Source of the DNA: Eledone cirrhosa
Lineage: Eukaryota
Assembly (NCBI GenBank): GCA_964016885.1
Contig: OZ024741.1
Location: 264,368,001 to 264,432,000, forward strand
Direction of reading: 5' to 3'
Length of the DNA: 64,000 nucleotides
Part shown: positions 44,006 through 56,196 of the stretch, piece after piece
How the letters are laid out: each line of letters starts with the position of its first letter
Numbering within the stretch: position 1 is the first letter of the stretch
Translations under genes and position numbers: made by a program
Notes under the pieces: generated by a model
What the model saw: the letters and a program-made list of their open reading frames with translations, nothing else
What the model was told of the DNA's origin: nothing
The model's database searches: none

Positions 44006-44478
44006 ATTGTTCTTTGAGTCTCAGTCATTGATGTTATTTAACTGGAAAGTTTGTTGAAATGAATATCAGCCTCAGATATTCAGGACGTATCGGAGGGTTT
44101 TTGCTGTTCCCAGCAAGCATGCCTTTTGAAGTGTTCCAAAAAGCGGGGCTGGACTAATTTTCTTTGACCATTCTTGGAAACTCTTTGAGATAGTACCTAG
44201 TGCGCCTATGACAATCCTTTTTAACTCCCACTTTAAGTCCTGGTATCGGTTAATTTTCTCACTCTCCTTTATTTGCACTCTCGTGTCAAATGGGCAGGCT
44301 ACATCTACAATCAGGCACGATCTTTTTTCCTTGTCCAAAACCACCAGGTCAGGCCTATTGTGTTCTAATTTTTTGTCCGTCTGTATCCTAAAATCCCAGA
44401 GCACCTTCACATAATCGTTTTCTATCACCGACTCTGGCTTATGCTCATACCACTTCTCAGAATGTGGTAAATTATTAT
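44006..44478 (-). mobile_element. Dong-like RLE element 3' fragment
   Basis: HNRPDLVV..IVDVACP..K..RY; 3' UTR nearly identical to 48916-48992. Confidence 0.88.
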
Positions 44479-44479
44479 C

Positions 44480-44591
44480 TCGCCGAGGTTAACTTTGCCT
44501 TTCATCCTTACGGGGTCGATAAAATAAAGTACCAGTAATGCACTGGGATAATTTCTGGCCTTGTGCCAAAAGTAGAAACAATTATTATTAT
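44480..44591 (+). mobile_element. SINE 3' half whose ATT tail abuts a Tx1 element
   Basis: Matches 23985-24095. Confidence 0.85.
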
Positions 44592-47500
44592 GAGGCAGGA
44601 GTGAAGTGGCAAATGGTCTGCCACAAAAAACAAAAAAAAACCCTTAGCTTCACCCTCCAAAAGCGAAGGCACACACAGAGGGGTAAAGGCTGCAAGGAGA
44701 CTTGCAGCAACACCACCACCATCACCATCACCACCACAAGAACCACCGCCAACAACAACCACACTACCACCAGCATCACCAAAAACACCAACAACGCAAA
44801 CAAAACAAAACACACACACCAAACAGCAACAAGAAGAAAACAGCAACAAAATCACCCCTCCCTCCAAAATGTACACAGCCATAAACATGGCAAATAAAGA
44901 ACTCATACAATATATAAAGCAGCACACAGACATCACAGAAAAAAAACTACTACACCCCACAAACACCAAGAACTCTCCCGACAAACATAAGCATCATTGA
45001 TGTCAAAATAGAACAGTACAAACTTTTAAAACAAAAATTCCCCAACGTAGTTGGAGACTTCAGAGGGTCGGTTACCAAGAGGATATACACTGACATCCTC
45101 TTGGAAACGCCCATGACCAGCCAAAGGGACGGTTCTACTGTCCTTTCACCACACGATCAAGGTAAGTGACCCTTTCTCACTTGCCCCGTTTCTCATCCAA
45201 CATGGCCGTACTCAGAATAGGCAGTATAAATGCACTTGGCCTGGGGACATCTTGGAAGCAGGGTCACCTGCTCAACAACCTCAGGTCACTAAACATAGAT
45301 GTGGTGGCTATCAGCGAGACCAGAATCTCCGAAGCACGGGCCTTCGCACTGATCTTCGGCGGCTACGATGTATACGCCTCGCCCAGCCGTCCAGGATCGG
45401 GGGGGGGGGGAGCGGTTGCCGTCCTTTTTCGGAGAGGCTTGGATCTCGCCATACGGGCCATCTTCCTCGACCCAGAAGGTAAGTCGGTGGTGCTGGACGT
45501 GACCGGTAGTGAAGGCAATGCTTTTAGGCTAGTAGCCGTCTACCCCCTAACTGGGGCAGGACGGCCAGATTTCTTCAGACATCTAGAGACCTTTCTTGGA
45601 ACGTCCCGCTGTTTAGTGTTAGTGGGCGACTGGAACGGTATCTTGGATACACGCTGGCATTGTGTGGGGATAGTGGATAGGGGAGGAGGGTGCAAGAGCC
45701 TCACCAACCTGCTCAGACGTTTTGAACTGTCTGACAGGTATCGACTGGATCACCCGAATGTGCCAATGTGGACATGGACAAACTGCATCGAGTCATCCAG
45801 ATCGTATCTCGATAGGGTATTCTGCAGAGAATTAGATAAGGCTAGTATAAGTTGTCCACAATTTTAAATACTCGACTACACAGACCACAAATTTGTGATC
45901 TGTGAGATCGACATAGACAGACTTCATAAACAAGGGCCTGGTTACTGGAAGCTGAACGCGTCTTTCCCGGCGCGCAAAGCCTACAGAGACCGGATTAGCG
46001 TATTAGTTAAGCGGGCGCTGACGGGAGCGGGCGTAAACAACAGGTAGTGATTCGCCCTGAAAAGGGCAATTAAAGTAGAGTCGATTAGGTTTAGCAAAGG
46101 ACTAGTGATAGAGGAAAATAAAGTAGAGGGAGAGCTAGTCAGAAAGCTAGAAGAGGCGTTTAGGACAGGCATCGCAACCGACGTGCTTGCGGCGAGATTG
46201 ACACTCGACCAATTGTTCAACGCAAAACACGAAGGCTGCGTTGTCAGAGCTAGAGCGCGTGCTCTGAAACACGAGGGGACAAAAGCCGTCCAATGGGCCC
46301 GGGTGGCAGAGGCGCGACGTGGCCACAAAGCCACAATTCGGTCTTTGTCTGACCAAAACGGGTGCGTATTGCTCGATCCCGAGCAGATGTGTGAAGCTTT
46401 TCAGCAGCACTTTGCTGAACTGTTCAGGAGCAGCGGCGGCCCGGATTGGGGCATGGACTTCAGTGCATACTTCGACGGACTGCCTAGGCTCTCGACGACC
46501 GCAGCACAGTGTTGCGAAAATCAAATAACAGCCGGTGAAATACGGGAAGCGATGGCTAACTGCACGAGGGGTAAATCGCCAGGTTTGGATGGTCTGGCCT
46601 ACGAGCTTTATGCATTTATGCCAGACTTGTTCGGTGACCTCTTGGCAGACGTCTACTGCAACTGGCAACAGAACGGGATCATTCCCAGTTTTGTGAGCCG
46701 AGGAGTGGTGGCGCTGCTGAGAAAAGACCCGAACAAGGGGGATGTTATCGATAATTTCAGGCCCATAACCCTGCTAAACGCAGAGTTCAAGATTTTGGCC
46801 AAGGTGTTAGCAACGAGGTTGGCGCTTGTCGTCAAGGGTCTGGTGGGAGAGGCGCAGACATGCGCGATTCCGGACAGATCCATACATGACAACCTCCACC
46901 TCATTCGATACATCATAGAGATGGTGGTTAAGGAACCTGGCAGGAGTGGGGCCCTGATCAATCCAAAGCATTCGATAGAGTCGACCATCGGTACTTGGCG
47001 GCGGTCCTCGAGGCAGTTGGTTTCGGGCCCGTTTTCAAGGGTTGGATCGCTGCGATGTACAGCGACATCTGCTCAGTTGTGAGGGTGAACGGTCACCTGT
47101 TGCAGCCATTCAGCATCATGCGCTAAGTCCGCCAAGGTTGTCCCCTCTGGTCCCTCTTGTACGTATTGGCTCTCGAGCCGTTAATGCACAAACTGGGGGC
47201 GATGAGGGGCGTCCCACGCGAACTAGGATGCAGGAAATCCGAGTCGGCTTACGCTGACGACTTCACCTTGGTGGTGTAGAGCACCAGACATGTCCAGATG
47301 CTCGGCAGCGCTCTCAAGGAATACGAAGCGGTGACAGAAACAAAGATAAACCAGGAAAGGTCGGTGGGCTTGCAGCTCGGCACCTGGAGAGGCAAGTCCA
47401 TGCCGTCCGACAGCATCGTGGGGCGATGGACGGACGGACCGTTTAAATTGCTCGGGGTCTGGTTCGGACCGGACCTCCAGATGGAGAAAAACTTGAATGA

Positions 47501-48891
47501 GGTGACGAGCAAGGTGGCCCTCCTCACCCAGAAATGGGCCGAGAGGAAGCTGTCCCTGAAAGGCCGGGCGGAGGTGGCGAATGCATACAACGCATCCGTC
47601 ATCTGCTACCGCCTCATCTTCGTCCCTTGCCCCGGCCCAACTCTCACCAAAATGGAGCGCCTCCTCTTCCGCTTTTTGTGGAAGAGACGCGCTCCCATGG
47701 TCAAAGGATCCATCTGCTACAACACCCGTTGCGTGGAGGACTAGGCATGCCATGGCTGATGATGCGCAAACATGCGCTGAGGCTGCGACATCTCTGGTGC
47801 TTCCTTGACGGTGAACAGGTGTGGTCGCCGTTCGCCAGGCACGTTTTCCCACAGCTCGTATCCTTGACGGAGCTGCAGTCCTGGGTCAGAAAAAGACCGA
47901 GGGATAGCGCTTAGAAACTGGAATGTCTCCAGACGCTCACTACCCTCTGCCAGCTGGGCACCAGTATCAGTGGAACATCCACCTCGGCGTTCTGTAGAGG
48001 ACTGGTGGAGGGGAAGAGCGACGACGTTCTCGGAGAGATCCTGGGCGTCGAAGAAGATCAGATATTTGCTCTCTTCCGGAGAATTTTCAGCCTAGGGCCT
48101 ATGGATAACTTCCAAAAATCCCTGGCCTGGCAGTGGTACCGGGGAGTGCTGCCGGTTCGAGATAAGCTCTACAGGCACGGAAGTGCCGTCAGCCGAGCCT
48201 GTCGAAGATGCGCGCAGAGCGACGAAAACGTCGTGCTCATACTCGTTCAGTGCCCGAGCATTGTTGACTTATGGAGCTATGTCGAACAGTTGCTGTCGCG
48301 TGAAGGACTGATCCGGTTATCGAGTCCATTGTGCAGATGGTCTCGAAGGGCAGGCGGTTTTCATCTGCCTGGTGGCCATGGCGAAAGAGATTGTGTGGTG
48401 GACAAGGTTGAAAGGGTTAAAGACAGACACTTTCCTCTTCGGCGAATCCCTAATTAACTTTTTCAAGTTTCACTTGAAGAGGAAAATCAGGGTGGAGAGG
48501 CAAGTGCTGCCTTCTAGCAAGTTTGTTGAAAGGTGGGTGAATATAGCGAGAATGGTCCGAGTGAACGGGACCGCTCTGAATATACGTCTGTAGTTTGAGA
48601 AATGGAAAAATTGAGAGAGGGCGCTTTCCCTGGTGGTCAGGATGGCCGTGGTCTTTTGTGTGGTTTTCGCCACGAGTAACCCTCGGAGGTTACCCCCCTA
48701 TTGGGGAATTTTTCATTGTTTCAATTTTCATTTTTATTGTTTATATATATATGTTTCTATGTCTTTTTTTTCTTTTCTTATATAAATAATAAAAATATTT
48801 ACACGCACAAAACCCACATCGTACCGTCCTGTACCGTCCTGTGCCGCGTGTAATGTTTTTCATGATGTCAGCCCTTGTGGCCAATAAAAAA
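44592..48891 (+). mobile_element. Tx1-clade element, diverged type C, 5'-truncated in ORF1, ORF2 disrupted
   Basis: ORF1 C-terminus to 45169; ORF2 45202-48593 with APE, RT (YADD) and CRRC..C; ends AATAAA then (TTA)n. Confidence 0.92.
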
Positions 48892-48915
48892 ATTATTATT
48901 ATTATTATTATTATT

Positions 48916-50215
48916 GTTCTTTGAGTCTCAGTCATTGATGTTAGTTAACTGGAAAGTTTGTTGAAATGAATATCAAGCCACTACCTGCAGCCTCAGATAT
49001 TCAGGACGTATTGGAGTGTTCTTGCTGTTCCCAGCAAGCATGCCTTTTGAAGCGTTCCAAAAAGCGTGAAGGGGCCAATTTTCTTTAACCATCCCTGGAA
49101 ACTCTTTGAGATAGGACCTAGTGCGCCTATGACAATCGGGATCACTTTGACTTCATAAAAATCCTTTTTACCTCCCACTTTAAGTCCTGGTATCGGTTAA
49201 TTTTCTCCCTCTCCTTCTCTTGCACTCACGTGTCGAACGGGCAGGCCACATCCACAATCAGGCACGATCTTTTTTCTTTGTCCAAAACCACCAGGTCAGG
49301 TCTATTGTGTTCCAGTTTCTTGTCCGTCTGTATCCTAAAATCCCATAGCACCTTCCCCTGATCATTTTCTATCACCGACTCTGGCTTATGCTCATACCAC
49401 TGCTCAGAATGTGGTAAATTGTTTACTTTGCATAGGTGCCAGTGGATCACCCTGCCCATCACATCATGTCTCCAGCCCTTATAGTGAGCCTGGGCTAGGT
49501 GTTTACACTCGGATACAATGTGAGCCACAGTCTCCTCTCTCTCTCTCCACAGATCCTGCACAGTGGGCTAGCCTCCTCCTTGTAAATATGGTGTTTCAAC
49601 CACTTCGTTTTGAGGGCCTGCTCCTGCGCAGCCATTAACATTCCTTCTGTAGCCTTTTTAAGGTCTCCTCTTTTCAACCAGTTCCATGTCTGTGGATCTC
49701 TGAATTCAGTTTTCTCAAAGAAGGTACTATGAAGGGATTTTTCCTGAAGGCTGCTCTTTCTCCTTGTTGTTATTTCCTCCCTGGACATCCCCTGGTCTAA
49801 TGTCCTCTCCTTCAGTACAGTTCTGAGCATTGGCTCCTTACTATCAGTCACGTATTTGTGTAGGTTGTTTTTCTCCATCTGAACACAGTCCTCTATGCTG
49901 ATAAGACCTCTTCCACCTTCAGATCTCCTTAAGTAGAGTCTATCGACATCACTCCTCTTGTGGAACATGTTGTAGATAGTCAATAATTTCCTAGTCTTCC
50001 TATCCATTTCTTTTTGTTCAGCAACATTCCATCTCAGAATTCCCGCACTGTACCTAATAATAGACACAGCTCGGGAATTTACTGCACTTATGGCATTCCT
50101 ACTGTTCATATGTGACTTTAATACGCTCCTTACTCTCCGAATGTATTCATTTCTTATCAATTCCTTCATTTTTTTGTTCTTGATGTCATCAGCCTCCAGA
50201 ACACCCAAATACTTG
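48916..50215 (-). mobile_element. Dong-like RLE element, 5'-truncated
   Basis: KYLGVLE, RLYL.RSEGGRGL, AAQEQAL, CRIC..H...C, NRPDLVV; (TAA)n on both sides. Confidence 0.92.
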
Positions 50216-50251
<36 letters not shown>

Positions 50252-53200
50252 GGCGACCTACGGTAAATCGTATCATCGTGAGCTTCGCAAAGGTTTGTTA
50301 TTTCCGTTTGTTAAAAATTGCCATTTATGGAAAATTTGTATTGTTAACTATATATAAGCGCACATACATTGTTTTCCAAAAAGGACACCCAAAAAGATTG
50401 GAGCCTTGTGCCCAAAATTTAAAATTTTATGATTATCAAAAAATTTCTTTGAAAAAAAAATGGCTAATTCACCTCTGCACCAAGCAGCTGAGAGCCTTCC
50501 TCACAAATTAACACCTCACACCGACACCACCATTGTAAATGTTACTACGTTTGCCAACACTAAAATAAATATAAGCAGGCAGACATTCATTTCCCGCCAT
50601 TACCAATGACTGCAGGTGTTAAAGCCACCGCCACCACCACCACTGCGACATCCACCACCACCACCACCGCGACAACAGAAACAAAAGGAAAAAATAAATC
50701 AACTCGTGATGTCGAAATGTTTTCAACGAAAATAGACTCATCCACACCGAACACCACTGACGTCACCACCACCACAACTGAAACTAAAATTAATAATAAC
50801 AAAAATAACGATAACAACAACAGCAACAATGACATTAAAAAAACCACCCTGAGTTTTGCCAGAGTAGCAAAACAGTGCGAAGCATTTACGGTAACTCAGG
50901 AGGAATTAGAAAATGCCAAAAAAATGGTAAAGAAAGATTGGTACAGGGTCAGCCTACCCCCCCCCCCCTCCCCTAATAAAATGGATCATCGGCGCCTATT
51001 CACCGTTTCGTATCGAACAATTAATGTAAAATCGCGCCGAGTGGAACGGGCATCCGAGTCCCAAATCCAAAAAGCTTTGGGACATGTGTGGGCAAGAAAA
51101 ACCCACATCAGACTTGGGCAGAAGTATGGAACCGTGGACGTGTTCTTTGAAACACCAGAGGAGGCTAGAGAACACTCCATGGCCCCATTAAGAAGTGACG
51201 ACTTCACACTCGTCCCAAGCTATTGTGGTCAGAGACTCGTAAAGATCAGGGTGACCCACGTTCCACCGGCCATCGAAATTCCCTGGCTAATAGCGGCCGT
51301 CCTCGCCGGCATTGAAGCCAACACAATGATAATAGCAATAGCAAAAGAAAAGCAGGAGAACTGGTCCGGATCTGGGATGGAGCTCCTGATCCAAGCGGAC
51401 CAAAAAAGCATTGAGGAGATCCCAGAGGTAATAGACCTCACTGACGGCAGCCACCTCACCGTAATTGTCGAGGGCAGAAGGCCTAGGTGTGTCGTTTGTG
51501 GTGAAGGAACCACCTAAGGGCTTTCTGCCCTCAGGCTAAAAGGTTGAGGCCACCTCTCCTACCCACCCCAGTGACTCAACCATCAACACCACCAGTAGCA
51601 GAGATGACAGCAACAACTGTAGAAGCAACAACAGAAGCAACTATAACAGCAACAACCCCAGCAACAGTAGCAAAACCAACACCACCACCAGCCAACGCTT
51701 CAGAACTAGCACCAGCGACTACACCATCAACCACGCCACAACCAAAACTAACGCCTGTGGAGGATTTTCCACTCCCCGGCCTATCACAACTGGAGACAGA
51801 TTGTGACAACGAGGAGTGGGAAACGGTATCAGAAAAAAAAAAAAAGAAACCAAAAAAGAAAAAATTCTCTTCCTTCCCCCTCCAAAAAAAAATACAGAGG
51901 GAAACAAATAAATTAACAAACAAAAAAGTTAGGACAGATATGCCACCATCCACACCAGCATCACCAACCCCATCACCTCAAACACCAACACCATCACCAT
52001 CATTAACCCCAACACCACCATCACCTACACCACAAAAGTCACCAAAATGCGAAACAGAAACAAACCCACAACAAACGCAAACAAAACAAAACAATCAAAA
52101 CGATACACACTATACAGCATTAAATTTGAACAACAACCAATTATTACACTACATCCAACACAACACCAACATCACAGAAAAAGACTACACAACAACCGAA
52201 AAATTCACACCACCTCCACACATACAAAACACTCGCATCACACAGAAAACGTACATGACACTAAAACAAAAATTCCCCAAAGACATCGGAGACTTCCGAC
52301 AAACACTCTCCAGGAGGATTTATAAGGACATCCTTCCGGAGGAGGCCACAAGCAGTGAAAAGGATGGAAAAACCGTCCTTCCTCTACGAGAAGTAAGGTA
52401 AGTGGTCTTTCCCATCTTTTCCACTCCTTTTCAACATGACCTCACTCAGAATAGGCAGCATAAATGCGCGTGGCTTGGGGTCGTCATGGAAGCAGGGCCA
52501 CCTGCTGAACGACCTCAGGTCACTAAACATAGATGTAGTGGCCATCAGCGAGACCAGAATCTCCGAAGCACGGGTCTTCGCACCGATCTTCGGTGGCTAC
52601 GATGCGGTACGCATCTCCCAGCCGTCCGGGATCGGGGGGAGGTGTTGCTGTGCTTTTTCGGAGAGGTTTGGATCTTGCCATACGGGCCATCTTCCTGGAC
52701 CCAGAAGGTAAGTTGGTGGTGCTGGACGTGACCAGCGGAGACGGGCAAGCTTTCAGGTTAGTGGCCGTCTATGCCCCGACAGGAGCAGGGCGGCCTGATT
52801 TCTTCCGGCGTCTGGAGACCTTTCTTGGAACGTCCCGCTCTTTAGTGTTAGTGGGCGACTGGAACGGGATCTTAGATGCACGCTGGGATTGTGTGGGATT
52901 AGTGGATAGAGGAGGAGGGTGCAAGAGTCTCACCGACCTGCTCAGGCGTTTTGAACTGTCTGACAAGTACCGATTGGATTTCCCGAATGTACCAATGTGG
53001 ACTTGGACAAATCGCATATGGTCATCCAGATCATATCTAGATAGAGTATTTTGTAGGGAAATAGATAGGTCTAGCATAGGATGTCCACAATTCAAGATAG
53101 TCAGCTACACGGACCACAAATTCGTGATCTGTGTGCTTGACTTAGATAGGCTTCATAGACGAGGACCCGGCTACTGGAAGCTAAACGCGTCCTTTCCAGC

Positions 53201-55939
53201 GCGCAAGGCCGACAGAGACGGGATTAGCGAACTAGTTAAGCGGGCGTTGACGGGGGCCATCGTCAACAACAAGTGGTGGTTTGCTCTGAAAAGAGCAATT
53301 AGAATAGAGTCCATTAGGTTTAATAAGGCTTTAGCAATAGAGAAAAATAGAGCAGAGGGAGAATTAGTTAGAAAATTAGACGAGGCGCTTTGCAAAGGCA
53401 TCGCGACCGACGTACTTGCGGCGAAATTGGCCCTTGACCAATTCTTCAATGCAAAGCACGAAGGTTTGCGTTGTCAGAGCTAGGGTGCGTGCTCTCAGAC
53501 ACGAGGGGGCGAAAGCCGTTCAATGGGCCCGAGTGGCGGAGGCGCGTCGTGGCAACAAAGCCACGATCCGGTCTTTGGTGGACCACGACGGGCGCATGTT
53601 ACTCGATCCCGGGCAAATGTGTGAAGCTTTTCAGCGACACTTCGCTCAGCTGTTCGGAGGCAGCGGCGGGCCGGATCGAGGAATGGAATTTAGTGTCTAC
53701 CTCGACGGACTGACGCGGCTCTCGGCCACTGAGGCGGAGTGTTGCGAGTAGCCGATAACAGCCGCTGAAGTACGGGAGGCAATGACTGGCTGCACAAGGT
53801 GTAAATCGCCTGGTTTGGAAGGTCTACCCTATGAACTTTACATACAAATGCCAGACTTGTTCGGAGGCCTCTTGGCGGGCGTCTACTGCAACTGGCAACA
53901 GAACGGATGAATTCCCAGCTCTGTGAGCCGAGGAGCGGTGGCGCTGCTGAGAAAGGATCCGAACAAGGGGGATAACATAGATAATTTTAAGCCCATAACT
54001 CTGCTAAACACAGTGTTCAAGATTTTGGCCAAGGTGCTAGCAAAGAGGTTGGCGCTTGTTGTTGGTGGTCTGGTGGGAGAGGCGCAGACATGCGCCATTC
54101 CTGACAGATCCATCCACGACAACCTCCACCTCATGCGATACATCGTAGAGAGGGTAGTTAGGGAACCTGGCACGGGTGGGTCTTTGATCAATTTAGATCA
54201 GTCGAAAGCTTTCGATAGGGTCGACCATCGTTACCTGGCGGCAGTCCTGAGGGCGGCTGGCTTTGGGCCCGTCTTCAGAGGCTGGATCGCTGCCATGCAC
54301 AGCGACATCTCCTCTGTAGTGAGAGTGAACGGTCACCTTTCGGAACCGTTCAACATCATGCGCTCGGTCCGCCAAGGATGTCCCCTCTCGTCCCTATTGT
54401 ACGTATTGACTCTCGAGCCATTACTGCACAAACTGGAGACGTTGAAGGGGGTCCCGCGCGAACTAGGATGCGGAAGATCCGTGTCAGCATATGCGGACGA
54501 TGTCACCGTAGTGGTGTCGAACGCCAAACACATCGAGGCGATCGGCACTACACTAAGAGAATACGAAGCGGTGACAGGAGCAATGATCAACCAGAAAAAG
54601 TCAGTGGGCCTGCAGCTCGGCACCTGGAGAGGCAGGTCCATGCCGTCCAACAGCGTCGTCGGGCGCTGGACGGATGGACCGGTTAAATTGCTCGTGGTCT
54701 GGTTCGGTCCGGATCTCCAGACGTACAAAAACTGGGACGAGGTGACGAGCAGGCTGGCTTTTCTCACCTAGAAATGGGCCTAGAGGAAGCTATCCCTGAA
54801 AGGTCGAGCGGAGGTGGCTAACGCGTATATCGCGTCCTAAGCCCAGCCTGACTGTGCTGGAGCATTTGTCTTTCGCTTTTTGTGGAAGGGATGCGCTCCG
54901 ATGATCAGGCGGCCCATCTGCTGTCAACACCCGCTACGCGGAGGGCTGTGCATTCCGTGGCTGATGATGCGCAGACACGCGCTCAGGCTACGACATCTCC
55001 ACCTCTTCCTCCACGGTGATCAGGTGTGGTCGCCGTTTGCTAGACGCGTCTTTCTCCAGCTCGTCTCCTTGACGGAGCTGCAGTCCTGGGTCAAGCCAAA
55101 ACCGAGAGGGAGCGCTTGGAGACTGGAATGTCTTCAGGCGCTCACAGCCCTCGACCAATCGGGCAATGTGATCGGTGGAAACTCCACCTTGGCGTTCTAT
55201 AGAGGATTAGTGGAGAGGAAGACCGACGACGTACTTGGGAAAACTCTAGGCGTCGACGAAAATCAACTAGCCAATCTCTACGGGCCGGGGCCTATGGACA
55301 ACTTCCAGAAATCCCTGGCCTGGAGGTGCCGTCAGCTGGGCATGTCCGAGATGCGCGCAGGGCGACGAAACCGTCATGCACGCACTCGTCCAGTGTCCGA
55401 GCATTGCTGACTTGTGGGTTTATGTCGAACACCTGCTGTCGCGTGTAGGACGCATCCGGCTATCAGCTGAGTCTATCGTGAGGTATGCCCCGCCCTCTTC
55501 CTTTAGCCGGGAAGGGCAGGCAGTTTTTATCTGTCTGGTGGCCATGGCGAAAGAGATAGTATGGTGGACACGTTTGAAAGGGCTGAAGACGAGCACTTAC
55601 CTCTTCGGTGATGCCCTGATTACCTTTTTCAAATTTCATTTGAAAAGGAAAATCAGGGTAGAGAGGGAAGTGCTCTCTTCCCAGCATTTTGTTGAAAGAT
55701 GGGTGAGAGAAGCAAGTATGGCCCGAGTGAATGGGCCTACTCTGAGTATATGTCTGTAAATTAAAGGTGGAAAACTGGGAGAGGGCACTTGCCCTGGTGG
55801 TCAGGGTCACTGTGGTCTATTATTACATCCTCGTTTTCTTGTTTTTTACACGCAGAAATGCCCATTTGTACCGTCCTGTATTATCCTGTACTGTCCTTAA
55901 TGTCTACTTTATGTAAACCCTTGAGGTTAATAAAGAAAG

Positions 55940-55940
<1 letters not shown>
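50252..55940 (+). mobile_element. Full-span Tx1-clade element, ORF1 type A, disrupted
   Basis: ORF1 about 50460-52401 and ORF2 52436-55759, both with frameshifts, stops or deletions; (TTA)n at both ends. Confidence 0.95.
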
Positions 55941-55982
<42 letters not shown>

Positions 55983-56080
55983 GAATGCCATGGTTGACGG
56001 AGGCTCGGCTCTGTAAGGTATAGTAATTTTAACCGTTAAAACAATTGTAAATTGTTTAAAACTTGAACCAAATTGTTGAT

Positions 56081-56173
56081 AAAGACACCCTCCTCCTCGT
56101 GAGAGGGGTCTTTCTGTCCGTTATTTGGCCCTTCGGGGTTAAATAACCAGTTATTGGGGTTTTGTACCCAATA
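56081..56173 (+). promoter_or_regulatory. Three consecutive hairpins in the type B 5' UTR
   Basis: AAAGAC..GTCTTT; GTTATTTGGCCC-TTCG-GGGTTAAATAAC; TATTGGG..CCCAATA. Repeated in the 62048 copy. Confidence 0.5.
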
Positions 56174-56196
56174 TTCATTTTAAACAAAAAAACAAC

